In this document: positions 59,322-64,000 of the stretch, in pieces
Layout of the letters: the number at the start of each line of letters is the position of its first letter
How positions within the stretch are numbered: position 1 is the stretch's first letter
IMG/VR virus record: IMGVR_UViG_3300032167_007852
Span: 1-64,000 of that record
DNA from: an uncultured virus (IMG/VR IMGVR_UViG_3300032167_007852)
Lineage: Duplodnaviria > Heunggongvirae > Uroviricota > Caudoviricetes
Strand: one strand, 5' to 3'
Length of the DNA: 64,000 nt
Translations under genes and position numbers: made by a program
Notes under the pieces: model-generated
What the model was told of the DNA's origin: nothing
What the model saw: only the letters and a program-made list of their open reading frames with translations
Database searches by the model: none

Positions 59322-61718
59322 ATGATAAAAGAATTTGATAGAGTTGATAATTTTAAAAAGTTAATTGAAAAAAACGCAACTAAAATATTTCAAAAGAATG
59401 TAGATCAATTAAATGTATTTGAAAGATTTGACGTTTTAGCAAATTCTTTAAAAGATACAATGTCAGAAGATTGGAAAAGATGTAATCAAAATCTTGAAGG
59501 GAAGAAAGAGGTACATTATTTTTCAATAGAGTTCTTATTAGGAAAACAACTTAAATCAATAATTTTAAATAGAGGATTAGAAGATGTAGTGAATGAAGTT
59601 ATGGATGACCTTGATTGGGATTTAAATGAATTAGTTGAAGTAGAACCAGAACCAGCTATAGCAAACGGAGGATTAGGTAGATTAGCTGCTTGTTTCATAG
59701 ATTCAATGGCGTGTTTAGAATATGCAGGTTATGGTCAAACTATAAGATATAGACATGGGTTGTTCAAACAAGAAATATTTAATGATGAGCAAGTTGAGTT
59801 ACCTGATAGATGGCTTAAGAATGGTTATTATGCTTGGGATTCAAAATCAGGTGAAGAATATATAATCAAACTTAGAGGTTCGGTTAGATTTGAAACTAAT
59901 GGAAATGATTTAGTTCCAATTCTTGAAAACTATGAACCAATAGTAGCAAGAGCATATGATATACCAGTTCCTGGTTATGAAAATAATACAGTGAACTATT
60001 TAAGAACTTGGGAAGCTGATATGCCTTCTTATAATATTCTTGATGAATGTGGAATAAACTATTGTCATGATAATAACATGCAAAGAAGAAGGACATTAAT
60101 AAATCAAATATGTGAGAATCTTTATCCAGATGATTCTACACATGAAGGTAAAGAATTAAGATTAAAACAAGAATATTTCCTATGTTCTGCAGGTATACAA
60201 TCTTTAGTTAATAAATTCAAAAAACGTGGAGTGAATTTAAGAGAACTAGATAAACATCTTGCAGTTCATATAAATGATACACATCCATCTTTAGTTATAC
60301 CTGAATTAATGAGGGTGTTAATGGATGAAGAAGGATTAGGATGGGATGAAGCTTGGAATGTAACAACTAAAGTTTGTAGTTATACAAACCACACAATAAT
60401 GCAAGAAGCTCTTGAAGTATGGAGTGGGTATATGTTACAATCTTTAATTCCAAGAATATATATGATAATACAAGAAATAGACAGAAGATATGTAGAGTAT
60501 TTAAGAAAAGTAAAAGGATATAATACATCTAAAATAGATAGAATGAAAATAATAGATAACTACGGAAACGTACGTATGGCTAATATGGATTGTATGTGTA
60601 GCTATAGTATAAACGGAGTTGCTGCATTACACACAGAAATATTAGAAGAAGAAACTCTTAAAGATTTCTATATGGATAAACCACAAGCATTTAATAACAA
60701 AACAAATGGTATAGCACATAGAAGATGGTTATTATTAGCAAATCCTGATTTAACTAGATTCATAACTACAATATTAGGAGAAGGTTGGAAACAGGATCTT
60801 AAACAAATGAAAGAATTAGAACAATTCCATGATACAGGTGCAATATTATGGACAATAAATGATATTAAAATGCTTAATAAACAAAGATTTATAAGAGAGA
60901 CAGGATTGGATTTAGATCCTAATAGTATATTCGACGTTCAGATAAAACGTATTCATATGTATAAAAGACAAATAATGAACGTATTAAGAATAATGATGAT
61001 ATACAACGATTTATTAGAAAATCCAGAAAAAGAATTTTATCCTATGACATTTATAATGGCTGGTAAAGCGGCAGCTAGTTATAGATCAGCTAAGAATGTT
61101 ATAAAAGTATTTAATAAATTAGCAAAAGTTATAAATAATGACGAACGAGTAAATGGAAAAATGAAACTTGTATTTATAGAAGATTACAATGTTTCTAAAG
61201 CAGAATTAATAATACCTGCTACAGATATATCTGAACAAATACCAACTGCATCTAAAGAAGCATCTGGAACATCAAATATGAAATTCATGATGAATGGTGC
61301 TTTAACATTAGGTACATTAGATGGTGCTAATGTTGAGATAACTGAATATGTAGGAGAAGAAAATATATTCTTATTCGGTTTACGTAAAGATGAAGTTTTA
61401 AATAGATATGCTACATGGACAGATTTAAGTGGAAGACATATAGTTAAAACAAACAACAAGATAGAAAAAGCAATGGAAATGTTAAAACAAATTGATAGAG
61501 CTGGTGAAGAATTATATTGGGAATTAATGTCAAATGACCATTTCTTCACATTAACAGATTTACAAGAATATCTTGATAAAACATATGAAATGAATAGTTT
61601 ATACAAAAATAACAGAAGAGAATGGAACAAAAAATGTTTAATAAATATAGCAAACAGTTTCCCATTTACAACTGATAGGACTATCAAGCAGTATGGGGAC
61701 GAAATATGGTTTAAATAA
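59322..61718 (+). CDS. glgP: Glycogen/starch/alpha-glucan phosphorylase (GT35)
   Basis: NGGLGRLAACF, LRLKQEYF, NDTHP, YTNHT, NKTNGI, KRIHxYKRQ and the PLP motif EASGTSNMKFMMNG. Confidence 0.95.
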   Translation: MIKEFDRVDNFKKLIEKNATKIFQKNVDQLNVFERFDVLANSLKDTMSEDWKRCNQNLEGKKEVHYFSIEFLLGKQLKSIILNRGLEDVVNEVMDDLDWDLNELVEVEPEPAIANGGLGRLAACFIDSMACLEYAGYGQTIRYRHGLFKQEIFNDEQVELPDRWLKNGYYAWDSKSGEEYIIKLRGSVRFETNGNDLVPILENYEPIVARAYDIPVPGYENNTVNYLRTWEADMPSYNILDECGINYCHDNNMQRRRTLINQICENLYPDDSTHEGKELRLKQEYFLCSAGIQSLVNKFKKRGVNLRELDKHLAVHINDTHPSLVIPELMRVLMDEEGLGWDEAWNVTTKVCSYTNHTIMQEALEVWSGYMLQSLIPRIYMIIQEIDRRYVEYLRKVKGYNTSKIDRMKIIDNYGNVRMANMDCMCSYSINGVAALHTEILEEETLKDFYMDKPQAFNNKTNGIAHRRWLLLANPDLTRFITTILGEGWKQDLKQMKELEQFHDTGAILWTINDIKMLNKQRFIRETGLDLDPNSIFDVQIKRIHMYKRQIMNVLRIMMIYNDLLENPEKEFYPMTFIMAGKAAASYRSAKNVIKVFNKLAKVINNDERVNGKMKLVFIEDYNVSKAELIIPATDISEQIPTASKEASGTSNMKFMMNGALTLGTLDGANVEITEYVGEENIFLFGLRKDEVLNRYATWTDLSGRHIVKTNNKIEKAMEMLKQIDRAGEELYWELMSNDHFFTLTDLQEYLDKTYEMNSLYKNNRREWNKKCLINIANSFPFTTDRTIKQYGDEIWFK

Positions 61719-61734
61719 AAAAAGGAGTTAGAGA

Positions 61735-61956
61735 ATGGCAAAAAGTAAAGATATAATGAAATTAAAAGGTACGGTTATAAAATGCTTACCAGGAGCAAAA
61801 TTTATAGTGAAAGCTGATGAAGTTGAAGTTACAGCAACTTGTTCTTTATCAGGTAAACTAAGACAAAATAAAATAGCTATAGTTGAAAATGATAAGGTAG
61901 ATTTTGAAATTTCTGTTTATGATTTAACAACAGGAAGAATAGTTTGGAGATATTAA
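61735..61956 (+). CDS. infA: Translation initiation factor IF-1
   Basis: GTVIKCLPGAKF...SGKLRQNKI...DKV...YDLTTGRIVWR. Confidence 0.9.
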   Translation: MAKSKDIMKLKGTVIKCLPGAKFIVKADEVEVTATCSLSGKLRQNKIAIVENDKVDFEISVYDLTTGRIVWRY

Positions 61957-62016
61957 TTGTATAAGGAAGGAAACTTCCTTATACATTTTTAATTCATAGG
62001 AGGTATTAATTTACTA

Positions 62017-62436
62017 ATGAATGCTACAATTTCATACTTTTGCGAAGATGATGAAGGTACTGTTTTAGTAGAATTATTCAATAAAGCCTACGATATAGGA
62101 CTTGAGAATGAAGATGGTATAATATTAACCTATATTAACCTTACAGGTAGTTATAGTAAAATAACAATAGATGATTTAACTTATCCTATAAATTATACAT
62201 CTTATTCAGAATATAATGATTATACACTAGAAGAATTAGAGGAACAACTTTATGTTATATATCACGATTTCTATTCTAAAGGTATTTATTATGATCCTGT
62301 AGTTATAATGATACACGATGCAACTAAAATGTGTGATGATAATGATGATTATGAATTGATAAGATATATAAATGATAAATTAGCTTTATTAGAAGTTATG
62401 AGAGTTTATATATTCTGCACAGTAAGAGATAGATAG
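62017..62436 (+). CDS. Acidic hypothetical protein
   Basis: AGGAGGT RBS. Confidence 0.7.
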   Translation: MNATISYFCEDDEGTVLVELFNKAYDIGLENEDGIILTYINLTGSYSKITIDDLTYPINYTSYSEYNDYTLEELEEQLYVIYHDFYSKGIYYDPVVIMIHDATKMCDDNDDYELIRYINDKLALLEVMRVYIFCTVRDR

Positions 62437-62489
62437 AAAATAATAAATAATATAACAAATAAATATAAAAAATAAGGGAGGTAATATTT

Positions 62490-63227
62490 ATGATGAGAGT
62501 TATGTTTGCTACAATTCAATCCGAAAGCGGTCTACATTTATTAGGATTATGGCACATATGTTTATTGGTCGGAAGTTTTACCTTTTTAAATTGGATGGTT
62601 AAATATCAAAAACAAAATATTTTTATTGAAAAAATATCAACTTTATTTATATTAGGATTACAAATTATATTATATGGTTGGTATATAATAGGACCTGAGA
62701 GTTTGTTTCTAAAAGGATTACCTCTGTATACATGTAGAATAGTGTTGTATTTATTTACAATAGGCATATTTTGTAATAATAAGTTTTGTCTAAAATTAGG
62801 TAGTTATTGGGGATTTTATGGGGGTATAGCAGGGTTAATATTCCCTACAATATTTAAATATCCTTTCCCGCATATATTACAAATAACAACTGTATTATTA
62901 CACGTATATATTATGTTAATATCAGGCAACTATCTGTTTGTCAAAAAGATTGGTTCAACTAGAGAGGATGTAAAAATGTGTTGTATAATAACAACTATTT
63001 TGTTAACGATTAATACAATAATTAATTTTATATTCGGCACAAATTATACATCGACAACTAGAATGCCATTACATTTAATAAATTTAGGTATAAATATTCC
63101 AATTCAGTTTTGTTATTTAGCAGTTGTATTAGGTTATATTATAGTAACTATATTTCAACATTGGGTTGTTGGAAGAGTAAATAGTAAATATGAACCTATT
63201 ATAACTACAAAGGAGGTATCTAAATGA
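62490..63227 (+). CDS. YwaF/TMEM164-like integral membrane protein
   Basis: About six TM segments; LPLYTCRI, conserved His (LLHV), GTNY. Confidence 0.7.
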   Translation: MMRVMFATIQSESGLHLLGLWHICLLVGSFTFLNWMVKYQKQNIFIEKISTLFILGLQIILYGWYIIGPESLFLKGLPLYTCRIVLYLFTIGIFCNNKFCLKLGSYWGFYGGIAGLIFPTIFKYPFPHILQITTVLLHVYIMLISGNYLFVKKIGSTREDVKMCCIITTILLTINTIINFIFGTNYTSTTRMPLHLINLGINIPIQFCYLAVVLGYIIVTIFQHWVVGRVNSKYEPIITTKEVSK

Positions 63228-63400
63228 TTCCTGTAAATATTTTAATATTATTAATTATATTTGTAATATTATATATTATAGGTGCTGGATTAACAGTTTA
63301 TGCATTCATTAAAAGTATTCAAGATAAAAAAATAGCAACAACTATAATTTCATTTATAATAATAACATTTTACGTTGTATTTTATTTATTATTAGTATAA
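63224..63400 (+). CDS. Small two-TM protein (58 aa)
   Basis: AAGGAGGT RBS; ATGA overlap with the previous gene. Confidence 0.65.
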   Translation: MIPVNILILLIIFVILYIIGAGLTVYAFIKSIQDKKIATTIISFIIITFYVVFYLLLV

Positions 63401-63492
63401 TTGTTAATAAGGATATAATCCTTATTAACTTTTTATTTGTTTAATAACAACTAATTATATTTATAATAAAAAATATAAGGAGGTAATTAATT

Positions 63493-64000
63493 ATGGCAAA
63501 TCCTTTATTAAGTGCGTTAAGAGAGAATGATAAAGAAGGTTTATTTAATGCATCACCAGCAATGGTATGTTATCCAACAGGGATACCAACATTAGATTAT
63601 CAATTAGGATATACATTAGTATCTAAAGATAGTAATGGAGCAGTAACTGGGACACATGATTGTCTTGGTTTAGTTGGTGGTAGTTTTATAACTATCATAG
63701 GAAAATCAGGAACTGCTAAAACAGCGATAGCATGTAAAATGGGAGCTGAAATAGTTAAAAATCATAAATCAAGTTTCGTTTTACATTATGATTTAGAACA
63801 AGCATTAAACCCAACAAGGGTTATGAATGTAACAGGATTAACAAATGCAGAATATATGGACCATTATGTATTAAAATCTTCACGTTCATATATTGAAGAT
63901 ATATTTGATACGATTATGGATATAGCAAATGAAAAGCAAAAGAATAAAAAACTTTATCAGTATACAACTGATTTTAAAGATGAGTTTGGTCAACCAATAA
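63493..64000 (+). CDS. RecA/UvsX-like recombinase (partial, runs off the right edge)
   Basis: My translation: YPTGIPTLDYQLG...GLVGGSFITIIGKSGTAKT...LHYDLEQAL. Confidence 0.8.
   Translation, partial: MANPLLSALRENDKEGLFNASPAMVCYPTGIPTLDYQLGYTLVSKDSNGAVTGTHDCLGLVGGSFITIIGKSGTAKTAIACKMGAEIVKNHKSSFVLHYDLEQALNPTRVMNVTGLTNAEYMDHYVLKSSRSYIEDIFDTIMDIANEKQKNKKLYQYTTDFKDEFGQPI

Overview
A very AT-rich 64 kb segment that reads as part of a phiKZ/AR9-like jumbo phage of a Gram-positive, probably clostridial, host. Evidence: a split virion-type RNA polymerase beta C-terminal subunit, AR9-like late promoters (AACA-N6-TA), a conserved early promoter, GGAGG ribosome-binding sites, a class B sortase and an Amidase_3-SH3b endolysin. 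The left third holds virion and lysis genes: two giant modular BspA/DUF285 leucine-rich-repeat proteins, a collagen-like protein, holin candidates, and an endolysin interrupted by a group I intron carrying an HNH homing endonuclease. The middle and right hold replication/recombination genes (PD-(D/E)XK nuclease, SbcD/Mre11, DnaB-like and Dda/RecD-like helicases, two-subunit type II topoisomerase, RecA/UvsX), cassette-like early genes, and auxiliary genes (glycogen phosphorylase, IF-1, HD hydrolase, peptidase E). Best candidates for new biology: (1) a ~350-nt structured RNA at 58.2-58.56 kb with a 29-bp terminal stem enclosing two tandem tertiary-structured units; (2) a phage-encoded sortase B with an adjacent cell-wall-anchored substrate and lipoprotein; (3) recombinationally shuffled giant LRR proteins; (4) a four-way-junction RNA after dnaB. 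All calls come from reading the sequence by eye; no database searches were run.
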